From an uncultured Actinomycetes bacterium (lineage in GTDB: Bacteria; Actinomycetota; Acidimicrobiia; IMCC26256; PALSA-555): a stretch of 58,998 bases of DNA. The notes below the pieces were generated by a model that was given only the letters and a program-made list of their open reading frames with translations, searched no databases and was not told the DNA's origin. Positions 1 through 11,356 of this stretch are shown in pieces (position 1 is the stretch's first letter; each line of letters starts with the position of its first letter). Position numbers and translations under genes: made by a program. Location: NCBI GenBank assembly GCA_903899845.1, contig CAIUKV010000138.1:1-58998 (forward strand), written 5' to 3'.

Positions 1-1
1 G

Positions 2-634
2 GTGCGCACCGCCGCCGCCGACGTCGCCGATGCCGACGCGCTGGGCGACGCGATCGCCGCGCTCGGCGCTGCGCTCGGCCCGCCCGACGTGCTGGTGACC
101 AGCGCTGGGTACGCCCGGCCCGGGCCCTTCGCCGACCTCGACCTCGCCCAGTTCCGGGCCCAGATGGAGATCGACTACTTCGGCACGCTCCACGCCGTGC
201 GGGCGGTCGTGCCCGGGATGGTGGCGCGGCGCCGGGGCCACCTCGTGCTGGTCTCGTCGACGGTCGCCTTCGTGGGGGTCTACGGCTACTCGGCCTACGC
301 CCCGGCCAAGCACGCGGTGCGGGGCCTGGCCGAGACGCTGCGACCGGAGCTCAAGCCCCACGGGATCACCGTCGCCTGCGCCTACCCGCCCGACACCGAC
401 ACGCCCGGTTACGCCGAGGAGAACCGCCACAAGCCCGAGGTCACCCGGCGCATCTCGGCGACGATCCGGCCCCGGTCGGCCCCGGCCGTCGCGGCGGCGA
501 TCCGCCGGGGGATCGAGCGCGACCGGCGCGTCATCACCGCCGACCCGGGCACCGCGTTCCTGGCCCGGGCCGGGGCCCTGATCGCCCCGGTCCTCCACCG
601 GTCGCTCGACCGGCACCTGCCCGCGGGCGACTGA
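2..634 (+). CDS. SDR oxidoreductase, 3-ketodihydrosphingosine reductase (KDSR)-like; 5'-truncated by window edge
   Basis: TSAG, catalytic YAPAK (YxxxK) and [15 protein letters not shown] motif typical of KDSR-like SDRs; N-terminal GxxxGxG lies outside the window. Confidence 0.85.
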   Translation: MRTAAADVADADALGDAIAALGAALGPPDVLVTSAGYARPGPFADLDLAQFRAQMEIDYFGTLHAVRAVVPGMVARRRGHLVLVSSTVAFVGVYGYSAYAPAKHAVRGLAETLRPELKPHGITVACAYPPDTDTPGYAEENRHKPEVTRRISATIRPRSAPAVAAAIRRGIERDRRVITADPGTAFLARAGALIAPVLHRSLDRHLPAGD

Positions 635-726
635 CGACCCGTGGCCCGCCGGATCGGCCCGCCCCGGCCCGGGCGCAGTACGGTCTCGGGCGGTTCGGCC
701 GTCCGACGAGTCCGGGGAGGTTGGCG

Positions 727-2120
<1,394 letters not shown>

Positions 2121-2133
<13 letters not shown>

Positions 2134-2196
2134 GCGGAGCGGAGCCCGGCGAGCACCGTGGGGTCCGACGAGCCGGGCTGAGCGGAGCCCGGCTCG
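2121..2196. terminator. Two tandem related hairpins between convergent fumC and the ABC ATPase gene (probable bidirectional terminator)
   Basis: CGAGCCGGGCT-GAGCGG-AGCCCGGCTCG at 2169-2196 (11-bp stem); near copy at 2121-2150 overlapping the fumC stop; no U-tract. Confidence 0.5.
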
Positions 2197-2198
2197 GC

Positions 2199-3226
2199 TC
2201 AGCCGGCGCGGGGGCCGAAGTCGATCGTCTCGCCCGGGGTGAGCGGGAAGTGGCAGGCCACGTACTGACCGTCGGCGACCGCCCGCAGCTCGGGCTCCTC
2301 GGTGGCGCAGCGCTCCTCGGCCCGGGGGCAGCGGGTCCGGAACCGGCAGCCGCTGGGCGGGGCCATGGGGGAGGGGATCTCGCCGCCGAGCACCCGGCTG
2401 GTGTCGGGCCGCACGCCCGGGTCGGGGACGGGGATCGCCGCGAGGAGCGCAGCGGTGTACGGATGCGCGGGTGAGGCGTAGAGGGCGTCGGGGGCGGCCA
2501 CCTCGCAGACCTTGCCGAGGTACATCACCATCACCCGGTCGCTGACGTTCTTGACCACGGCGAGGTCGTGGGCGATGAAGACGAGGGTGAGGCCGTAGCG
2601 GGCCTTCATGTCCTCGAGCAGGTTGAGGATCTGGGCCTGCACGGACACGTCGAGCGCCGACACCGGCTCGTCGCAGATGATCAGCCTGGGCTCGGTCACC
2701 ACCGCCCGGGCGATCGAGATCCGCTGGCACTGGCCGCCGGAGAACTCGTGGGGTCGTCGTCCGGCGTTCGCGGGGTCGATGCCGACCGCCTCGAGCACCT
2801 CGTCGACCTTGGCGTCGCGCGCGGCCTTGTCGCCGATGCCCCAGATGTCGAGCCCCTCGCGCACGATGTCGCGCACCGTGCGGCGGGGGTTGAGCGACGA
2901 GATGGGGTCCTGGAAGATCATCTGCAGGCGGGGCCGGGTGGCCCGCAGCGCCTCGCCCTTGAGGGCGGTCAGCTCCACGCCGTCGTAGACGACGGTCCCC
3001 GACTTGGGCGGGGGGAGCTGCATGACCGCCCGCCCGGTGGTCGACTTGCCGCAGCCGGACTCGCCGACGATGCCGAGGGTCTCGCCCTCGAGGATGTCGA
3101 GCGACACGTCGGACACCGCGTTGACGACCAGTCCGGTGCGCCCGACCGGGAACTCCACCACCAGGTGCTCGACCCGCAGCAGCGACGCGTCGGGGCTGCG
3201 CAGATGGGCGGTGCCGCGCCCGGCCA

Positions 3227-3227
<1 letters not shown>
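2199..3227 (-). CDS. Oligopeptide/dipeptide ABC transporter ATP-binding subunit (DppF/OppF-like)
   Basis: GESGCGKST, FSGGQCQR, ICDEP, C-terminal HPYT...GCRFRTRC; ATG 3227 overlaps upstream TGA. Confidence 0.93.
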
Positions 3228-4314
<1,087 letters not shown>

Positions 4315-4318
<4 letters not shown>

Positions 4319-5349
4319 ACGGCGCTCTCCCGGACGTCGAGGCGGGCCCGGACGACGTCACCGAGGAAGTTCAGGCTGAGCACGGTGAAGAAGATCATCA
4401 GGGCGGGGAGGAAGATGATGTGGGGCGACTCCTTGAGCCGACCGCGGTCGAGGCCGATGATGTTGCCCCACGACGGGGTGGGGGGCCGGACGCCGACCCC
4501 GAGGATGCTCAGGGTGCCTTCGGCGACGATCGCGACCGCGATGCCGAGCAGCGCGATCGAGAACATGGCGGGCAGCACGTTGGGCAGGACCTCGCGGAGC
4601 ATGATCCGCACCGGCTTGGCGCCCTGGGCCCGGGCGGCGAGCACGAACTCGCGTTGGGACCAGGAGAGGGCGGAGGCCCGGGTGATCCGCCCGAGCAGGG
4701 GGATCGACACGATGCCGATGGCCAGGATGAGGATCAGCTTCGGGTCGACCGAGCTCTGCCCGGTGGACGCCGCGGCCCCGGCGAGGAAGGCCACGAGGGC
4801 GAGGGCGAGCACCACCGCAGGGATGGCCAGGAACACGTTGAACAGCGAGGTGATCACGGCGTCGGTCCGCCGGCCGAAGTAGCCGGCGATCAGCCCGAAC
4901 GTGCCACCGAACACCAGCCCGAACAGCACGGCGCCGGTGGCGACGATCAGCGACGACCAGCTGCCGTACGCGAGCCGGGCGATCATGTCGCGGCCGTTGC
5001 TGTCGCACCCGAGCAGGAACCCGGACGCGGTGCCGTCGGTCGAGAACGGGCCGCGCCGGGCGCAGGCGACGTAGGACCGGTTGGGGTCCTTGAGCGGGAG
5101 CACGCCGAGCTGGGCGAGGACGGCGACGATCACGATGAACGCCAGCCAGCCGATCGCGAGCCAGGCGCCCACGCCCAGCCCGCGCCCGACACGACGGCGG
5201 CCTTCGCCCCCGCTCTCGACCGCGGAGACGTAGAGGTTGGCCTGCGCGACGACGAGGCCCGGCTCGAGGGATCCCTCGGCGTAGCGGTCGAGGTCCCGGT
5301 TCCCGTCGGCACCGACGGGGGGGACGGCGTCAGGCGTCGGCTCGGGCAC
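4315..5349 (-). CDS. ABC transporter permease (DppC/OppC-like)
   Basis: LLGCDSNGRD, EAA-loop EFVLAARAQGA, PPTPSWG; multiple TM segments. Confidence 0.93.
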
Positions 5350-6346
5350 GGCGGATCCTCGGGTCGAGCAGGATGTAGCAGAAGTCCACGGCGAAGTTGA
5401 TCAGCACGAAGATGAAGGCCAGCACGAAGATGTAGCTCTGGAGCTCCACGTACTCGCGGGCCGCGATCGCGGTCGCGATCTGGGTCCCCATGCCCGGGAT
5501 CCCGAAGATGACCTCGACCACGATGGCGCCACCGATGAGCGTGCCGACGTTGAGGCCGGCCACCGTGAGCAGCGTGAGGCTCGAGGGGCGGAGCGCGTGT
5601 CGGAACAGGATCCGACGGTTCGGGACCCCCTTCGCCTTGGCCATGGTGATGAAGTTCTCCTGGAGCGTCGCGATCATGTCGCTGCGCAGGAGCCGCATGT
5701 AGATCGCGACCTGACCGACCGCCAGCGCGATGACCGGCAGCACCATGTACTTGAGGTGCTCCACGCTCGGGGTGCGTGCCGAGTCGAAGAGCGGGTCGAG
5801 CCAGCCCGGCTCGTAGCCCGCGGTCGGGAGCCACTTGAGGCGGGCACCGATGACGTACGAGAGCAGGAGCGCGAGCACGAAGTTGGGGAGCGCCAGGAAC
5901 CCGAACGCCGTGGTGTTGACGGCCCGGTCCGTCCGGGTGCCCGCCCGATAGGCGGTGAGCACGCCGAGGGGGATCGCGAGGGCCAGCGCCACCAGCTGGG
6001 CGTAGATCACCAGTTGGATCGACACCGGCAGCGACTGCTTGATCAGCTCACCCACCGGCTGGTTGGTCGCGTACTTCCGGCCCAGGTTGCCCTGCAGCAG
6101 TCCCGTGGTCCCCTCGCTCTTGATCACGGGGATGCCGAGGTAGTTGACGTACTGCTGCAGGAACGGCTTGTCGAGGCCGAGGTCCTTCGCGAGCGCGGCC
6201 CGCTGCTGGTCGCTGCCGAACGGGATGATCGTCTTGGCCGGGTCTCCGGGGAGCAGACGCACCAGGCTGAACGTGAAGAACGTGACCAGCAACAGGACGA
6301 TCGCCAGTTGCAGGAAACGCCGCGCGATCAGCCGGAGCGCTGCCAC
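5330..6346 (-). CDS. ABC transporter permease (DppB/OppB-like)
   Basis: LPGDPA, LGLDKP, FITMAKAKG, C-terminal LDPRIR. Confidence 0.94.
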   Translation of the reverse strand: MAALRLIARRFLQLAIVLLLVTFFTFSLVRLLPGDPAKTIIPFGSDQQRAALAKDLGLDKPFLQQYVNYLGIPVIKSEGTTGLLQGNLGRKYATNQPVGELIKQSLPVSIQLVIYAQLVALALAIPLGVLTAYRAGTRTDRAVNTTAFGFLALPNFVLALLLSYVIGARLKWLPTAGYEPGWLDPLFDSARTPSVEHLKYMVLPVIALAVGQVAIYMRLLRSDMIATLQENFITMAKAKGVPNRRILFRHALRPSSLTLLTVAGLNVGTLIGGAIVVEVIFGIPGMGTQIATAIAAREYVELQSYIFVLAFIFVLINFAVDFCYILLDPRIRRARADA

Positions 6347-6388
6347 CCCGAATCCCCCCGGATCGTGCTCCGCCGTCGGGCGAGCCGC

Positions 6389-8014
6389 CTACTTCTTGGT
6401 GAGGTAGAGCCCGTCGACGGGGATGCGCCCGTACAGGTACAGGGGCTTCGATCCGTCGGGCAGTGGCGCCCCGAGGATCCCGCCCATGCCCTTCGAGGCG
6501 ATGGTCCAGTCCACGAACCAGGCCGGGATCAGCCACGGCGAGCCCATCATCGCCTTGTTGAAGTCCTCGTAGGCGGCCTTCCCGTCGGCGGTGGTGAGGG
6601 CGGCCCGGCCGGCGTCGAGCGACGCCTGCACGGTGGCGTCGTCGATCTTGCCGAAGTTCACGGGGGAGCCCTTCGAGAACCAGACGTAGTTGCCGGCGTC
6701 GCCGTAGGCGGGGTCGCTGTGGAAGTTGCGCCACAGCAGCACCGAGAACTTGCCGGCCAGCGCCTCGTTGATCAGGGAGCTCTGGTCGACCTGGGCGAGG
6801 GTGGCGTTGATGCCCGCCGCCTTGGCCTGCTCCACGAGCAGCTGGGCCTCGGCCAGGCTGCCCGAGTCGTTGGTGGTCAGGAAGCTGACGTCGAAGGCGC
6901 CGCCGTTGGCCGCCTTGACCTTGGCGACCAGCTCCTTGGCCTTCTTGAGGTCGTAGGTGGGCAGGCCGGACTTCTTGAGGTAGCCCTGGCCCTTCGAGTC
7001 GATGATGCTGTTGGCCACGTCGAACAGGCCCTTGTTGCGGATCTGGTTGATCTTCTTGATGTTGAGCGCGTGGGCCAGGGCGAGGCGGGCGTCCGGGCTG
7101 TTGAACGGCGCCTTCGCCGTGTTGAGCAGGTAGTACCGGACGTCACGGTTGCCCGGGGGCTCGGTGGTGAGTTGAACCCCGGACACGCCACCGAGGCTGT
7201 CGATCGCGTCGGCCGCCGAGGTGTGCATCAGCGTCAGCTGGCCGCCCTCGAGCTGGTTCTGACGGGACGGCGTGTCGGGGATCGGCACGAACGTGATCTT
7301 GTCGAGGTAGGGCAACTTGGTGCCCTTGGCGTCCTTCTTCCAGTAGTTGGCGTTCTTCACCGCCACGAAGGACTCGTTGGTCTTCCACGTCTCGAGCTTG
7401 AACGGACCGGTGCCGATCAGGTTGGTCGCGCAGGTGCCCGGGTTGTTGATCTGGGCCGGGGCCATGATCCCGGCGCGACCGACGAGGTACAGGTAGGCCG
7501 GGAACGCCGCCCACGGCACCTTGGTCGTGACCTTGACGGTTGCGTCGTCGACCTTGCTGACGCTGGCGATGTTGCTGAACACGAACTGGAACAGCAGGCC
7601 CTTGCGCCAGGCCTCGATGTTGGCGACGATCGCGTCGGCGTTGAACGGCGTGCCGTCGTGGAAGGTGATGCCGGGGCGGGCCTTGATCGTCCACTCGTTG
7701 AACGTGGCGTTCGGGGTGACCGACTCGGCCAGGTTCGGCACGTACTCACCCTTGGTGTTGGGGGCGGTGAGCGTGTCGTAGATCGCGGCGACGACCTGGA
7801 TGCCCGAGATCGCGAGGTTGGCCTGGCTCAGGCAGTAGCCCCCGGTCGTCTCGGCCTCGAGGCCGAAGCGGACCTCACCGCCCGGCTTCGGGGTCGCGGC
7901 ACCGGCGGGTGCGGCGACGGCGGCGAGCGTGGCGGCGGCGACCGCGGCGGCGGCCACCGCGGCGATCACTCGGCTCCGACCACGACCTGCACGGCGGGAC
8001 GACTGCTGACCCAC
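6389..8014 (-). CDS. ABC transporter substrate-binding protein, family 5
   Basis: Signal peptide ending PAGA; FHDGTPFNAD, IGTGPFKL, NANYW motifs; first gene of the dpp-like operon. Confidence 0.92.
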   Translation of the reverse strand: MGQQSSRRAGRGRSRVIAAVAAAAVAAATLAAVAAPAGAATPKPGGEVRFGLEAETTGGYCLSQANLAISGIQVVAAIYDTLTAPNTKGEYVPNLAESVTPNATFNEWTIKARPGITFHDGTPFNADAIVANIEAWRKGLLFQFVFSNIASVSKVDDATVKVTTKVPWAAFPAYLYLVGRAGIMAPAQINNPGTCATNLIGTGPFKLETWKTNESFVAVKNANYWKKDAKGTKLPYLDKITFVPIPDTPSRQNQLEGGQLTLMHTSAADAIDSLGGVSGVQLTTEPPGNRDVRYYLLNTAKAPFNSPDARLALAHALNIKKINQIRNKGLFDVANSIIDSKGQGYLKKSGLPTYDLKKAKELVAKVKAANGGAFDVSFLTTNDSGSLAEAQLLVEQAKAAGINATLAQVDQSSLINEALAGKFSVLLWRNFHSDPAYGDAGNYVWFSKGSPVNFGKIDDATVQASLDAGRAALTTADGKAAYEDFNKAMMGSPWLIPAWFVDWTIASKGMGGILGAPLPDGSKPLYLYGRIPVDGLYLTKK

Positions 8015-8049
8015 GGGTACCCCCTCGGTGTTCCGTTGGCTCCGGTTGT

Positions 8050-8081
8050 GTGGTGCGTTGGGTGGTGCGTTGGGTGGTGCG
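8050..8081. repeat. 12-bp tandem repeat (GTGGTGCGTTGG x ~2.7) in the 5' leader of the SBP gene
   Basis: Units at 8050, 8062, 8074 (partial). Confidence 0.75.
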
Positions 8082-8207
8082 CGTTGCGTGGTTCCGGCCG
8101 GCCGGCGATCCGGGCGGGCCGCTGAGCGCGCATGCTACTCGCATTCCGCAGGGCGCGAAACGGCGCCCCCGGCCCTTGCCCCGCCCCGGTCCACTACGGT
8201 CGGGCCC

Positions 8208-8639
8208 ATGGGCACGGGCGCCGGTCCGGGTGGGGTCCTCCGGGTGACGCCGACCTGTCGTATCCCGCTCGCCGAGCTCGAGTGGCGGGTCAGTCGGTCG
8301 GGCGGACCGGGCGGGCAGCACGCCAACACCGCCGACACCCGGGTGGAGGTCCGCTTCTCGGTGGCCGACTCGGCCGCTCTCGGACCCCGCCAGCGGGCCC
8401 GCCTCCTCGAGCGCCTCGGCCCGGTGGTGCGGGCGGTCGCCGCCGACTCACGGTCCCAGGCCCGCAACCGGGCCCTGGCGCTCGAGCGGCTCGCCGCCCG
8501 GCTCGCCGCCGGCCTCGCGGTCACCCCGCCCCGGCGACCGACCCGGCCCTCGGGCGCCGCGGTGTCCCGCCGACTCGACGCCAAGGCCCACCAGGCGCGC
8601 CGGAAGGCCGCCCGGCGCCGCCCCACGGCCGAGGACTGA
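8208..8639 (+). CDS. arfB: Alternative ribosome rescue peptidyl-tRNA hydrolase ArfB
   Basis: SRSGGPGGQHAN (GGQ), RSQARNR, basic tail RRPTRPS...RRLDAKAH; TACGGT -10 7 nt before ATG (leaderless). Confidence 0.93.
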   Translation: MGTGAGPGGVLRVTPTCRIPLAELEWRVSRSGGPGGQHANTADTRVEVRFSVADSAALGPRQRARLLERLGPVVRAVAADSRSQARNRALALERLAARLAAGLAVTPPRRPTRPSGAAVSRRLDAKAHQARRKAARRRPTAED

Positions 8640-8690
8640 CGGGTTCCGGGCCCGGGCTCGATCCGGCCTCGACCCGGCCTCGATCCGGCC

Positions 8691-9917
8691 TCAGCCGGGG
8701 TCGGCCGGGTCGCCGGCGGGCTGCGCGGCGATGCTCGCGCAGAACTGGTGGATCGCGCTGACCGCGGCTTCCGAGCGGATCGAGTGGAAGATCTCGAACG
8801 CGTGGGGAGCCCCGGGCAGCTCCAGGTACACCACCGGGGGTCCGGGGGTGGCCCGGAGCCGGTCGACGAACGCCCGGGTCTGGGCCACGGGCACGAGGTT
8901 GTCGGCCGAGCCCTGGACCACGAGGAACGGGACCCGTCGGGCCCCGACCCGCTCGATCGGCGACCAGTCGCGCAGCGGTCCGGGGTCGCGGTCGGGCGCG
9001 ACGCCGAACACCCACGTGCTCAGGCGGTCGGCCCAGCGCTGGGCCCGCCGACCGCGGACGGTGAGCAGGGCGACGAGGTCGGTCGGTGGGTACACCGGCA
9101 CGGCAGCCAGCACCGAGGTGTCGGCGTCCTCGAACTCGGGCTGGAGCCCGGGCTCCCCGGCCGTCAGCGCTGCGAGGGCCGCGAGGTGCCCGCCCGCCGA
9201 CCCGCCGGTGACCACCACCCGGGTGGGGTCGCCGCCGAGCTCGGCGATGTGGGCCCGGATCCAGGCCAGGGCCGCCTTGACGTCGACCAGTGGGTCGGGG
9301 AAGTGCGCCTTCGGGGCCAGCCGGTAGTTGATCGCCACGCACACCCACCCGGCGGCGGCCATCCGGTTCATGAGCGGTCGACCCTGCTGGCGCTTGTCGC
9401 CGATCACCCAGCCACCGCCGTGGATCTGCAGGAGGACGGGCGCCCCGGTGCAGCCGCCCCGGGGCCGGTACACGTCGCAGAGGTGACGGCGGTCGGCGCC
9501 GGGGGCGTAGCGCAGGTCGGCGACCCGCTCGACCCGCCGGTCGGCCAGCCAGAACGGGACCAGCAGGCGGCGCCAGCGGCCCCGGTCGGGGGTGGGGGCG
9601 GCGAAGCCCGCGGCGACCATCGCCCGTCGGACCGCCGGACCGCTCCGGGCGGCCAGGGCCGTCTCCACCCCGAGCAGGACCACGCCGAGCCCGGCGAGGC
9701 CGAGCCCGATCACGCCCGCCGGGTGGTCGAGCCCCCCGGCGAGGACGAGGACCCCCACGGCGCCGCCCAGGACGAGCACCGTCCACTGGGCCAGCTCGGC
9801 GACCAGCCACTCGGCCACGAACCCGATCGCCAGCCCCGGCAGCGAGCGGGACGGGGCCAGGACGTTGATCCCGAGGGCGAGGGTCAGCCCGCCGACGCCG
9901 AGGAGGAGCCAGGACAC
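8691..9917 (-). CDS. Membrane-anchored HSL-family alpha/beta hydrolase (esterase/lipase)
   Basis: HGGGW, GGSAGG, D in QGSADNLVP, HAF; N-terminal TM helices; GTG start inferred inside a longer spurious ORF. Confidence 0.88.
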   Translation of the reverse strand: MSWLLLGVGGLTLALGINVLAPSRSLPGLAIGFVAEWLVAELAQWTVLVLGGAVGVLVLAGGLDHPAGVIGLGLAGLGVVLLGVETALAARSGPAVRRAMVAAGFAAPTPDRGRWRRLLVPFWLADRRVERVADLRYAPGADRRHLCDVYRPRGGCTGAPVLLQIHGGGWVIGDKRQQGRPLMNRMAAAGWVCVAINYRLAPKAHFPDPLVDVKAALAWIRAHIAELGGDPTRVVVTGGSAGGHLAALAALTAGEPGLQPEFEDADTSVLAAVPVYPPTDLVALLTVRGRRAQRWADRLSTWVFGVAPDRDPGPLRDWSPIERVGARRVPFLVVQGSADNLVPVAQTRAFVDRLRATPGPPVVYLELPGAPHAFEIFHSIRSEAAVSAIHQFCASIAAQPAGDPADPG

Positions 9918-9931
9918 GGGCGTCCCCAGGC

Positions 9932-11101
9932 CTACCGGCGCTCCTGGATCCGGACGCCCACGGGCGCGAACCGGTCCATGGTCGCCTGGTCGAGCCCGAC
10001 CGGCTTCTTGTCGATCCCGAAGGCCGCGCGCAGCTGCGCGGTGACCGCGTGCTCGACCGGCCCCCAGGACGGGTCCGGGTCGGTCGCCGGGGTGGTGCAG
10101 CCGTCGGTGGCGAGGCGGGCGAGGTTGTCGGGCACCGGGAGGCCGGCGGACCGGGCGACGCCGACCAGCCCCCCGGCCCCGCCGACCGGGCAGACCCCGC
10201 CGATGTCGGCGTGGCCGGCGTCGTCGATCACCACGAGCCGGGCCGGGGGCCGGGCGGCGGCGAAGCCCTGCTGCACGCTCGCGAGGGGCACGATCTGCTC
10301 GGCCGCGCCGGTCACGAACAGCACCGGGACGGGGGGGAAGGTCAGGGTCGCGCCGGTGGCGGAGCTGACGCCGCTGGCCGAGATCGGGATGGCCGTGACC
10401 ACGCCGGGCTCGGCGCCGAAGCGCAGGGCCGTGCCCCCACCCGCCGAGTGACCCGTGATCGCGACGCCGTCGGCCCGGACGCGGCCCCGCAGCGGCCCGC
10501 CCTTCCGGTCGTTCTCGGCCCGCAGGAGCGCCTCGGTGTTGCGCATGGTCACGACGTCGTCGACCGGGGTCGCCGGCGGGCTGCCCAGAGCCGCGGCGAG
10601 GCCGCGCTCGGTGACGTCGGGCGACGCGACGACGAAGCCCCACGACGCGAGATGGGCGCCCAGGTAGGCCAGTTGCTCCCGGTAGCCGGAGAAGCCGTGG
10701 GCCATGAGCACGAGCGGGAAGGCGCCCTTGCGGGTCGCGGCCGGGACGTCGCGGTAGGCGTCGGTCTCGTAGGTGGCGGTCGCGCCCGCGGGGAGGAAGG
10801 CGCGTATCCCGGCCGGCGCCTTGGGGACGACGTCGAACCGGTCGGGCGTCGCCTTGGCCACCGCCCGCTTCGGCGCCGGGTACCACACCTCGACCTTCCG
10901 GTCGGGCAGGTCCAGGGTGGTCACCCCGGCCGCGTAGGGGCCGGGCGCGGCGTAGGCGGGGGCCGAGCGGTCCCGGGCCCCGGCCGGCGCGGCGAGGCCG
11001 ACGACCAGGGTGACCGCCAGCCCGGCGACGACGACGAGGGCGAGGCGGCGCCTCGGCGCGGACCGACGGTCGGCGGGGAGGGGACGGGCGCGGTGCTCCA
11101 C
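9932..11101 (-). CDS. Secreted alpha/beta hydrolase (PAF-acetylhydrolase/chlorophyllase-like)
   Basis: Signal peptide ending AAPAGA; PGPYAAG, VEVWYP, FPLVLMAHG, GHSAGG, DAGH; GGAG SD before GTG 11101. Confidence 0.85.
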   Translation of the reverse strand: MEHRARPLPADRRSAPRRRLALVVVAGLAVTLVVGLAAPAGARDRSAPAYAAPGPYAAGVTTLDLPDRKVEVWYPAPKRAVAKATPDRFDVVPKAPAGIRAFLPAGATATYETDAYRDVPAATRKGAFPLVLMAHGFSGYREQLAYLGAHLASWGFVVASPDVTERGLAAALGSPPATPVDDVVTMRNTEALLRAENDRKGGPLRGRVRADGVAITGHSAGGGTALRFGAEPGVVTAIPISASGVSSATGATLTFPPVPVLFVTGAAEQIVPLASVQQGFAAARPPARLVVIDDAGHADIGGVCPVGGAGGLVGVARSAGLPVPDNLARLATDGCTTPATDPDPSWGPVEHAVTAQLRAAFGIDKKPVGLDQATMDRFAPVGVRIQERR

Positions 11102-11356
11102 GGTGCACTCCGGGGGTTCGGTGTCGGAGGGACGGACCAGGGCGACAACCGATCGGGAGGCGCGATCCATCCCGCCCGCTGACGTGCGCGCCGGGACCCG
11201 GTTCGCTAGTGTCACGCCTCACCGGTCGGGATCCGTCCCGGATTCACCGGGGGAACCGGGTCCGACACCGGTCGCGGCGGGAGACCGCCGGGCCCGGGGT
11301 GGTCGGTTGGGAACGTTCGGGTGAGAACAGTCGTGCACGAGCACTGGGGGGTAGCG

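Noticed and set aside
11201-11214. Fourth TGAC-N6-GTCA operator ahead of the Liv SBP
   Set aside because: Only the GTGTCA half-site matches and it coincides with the -10 hexamer; too weak
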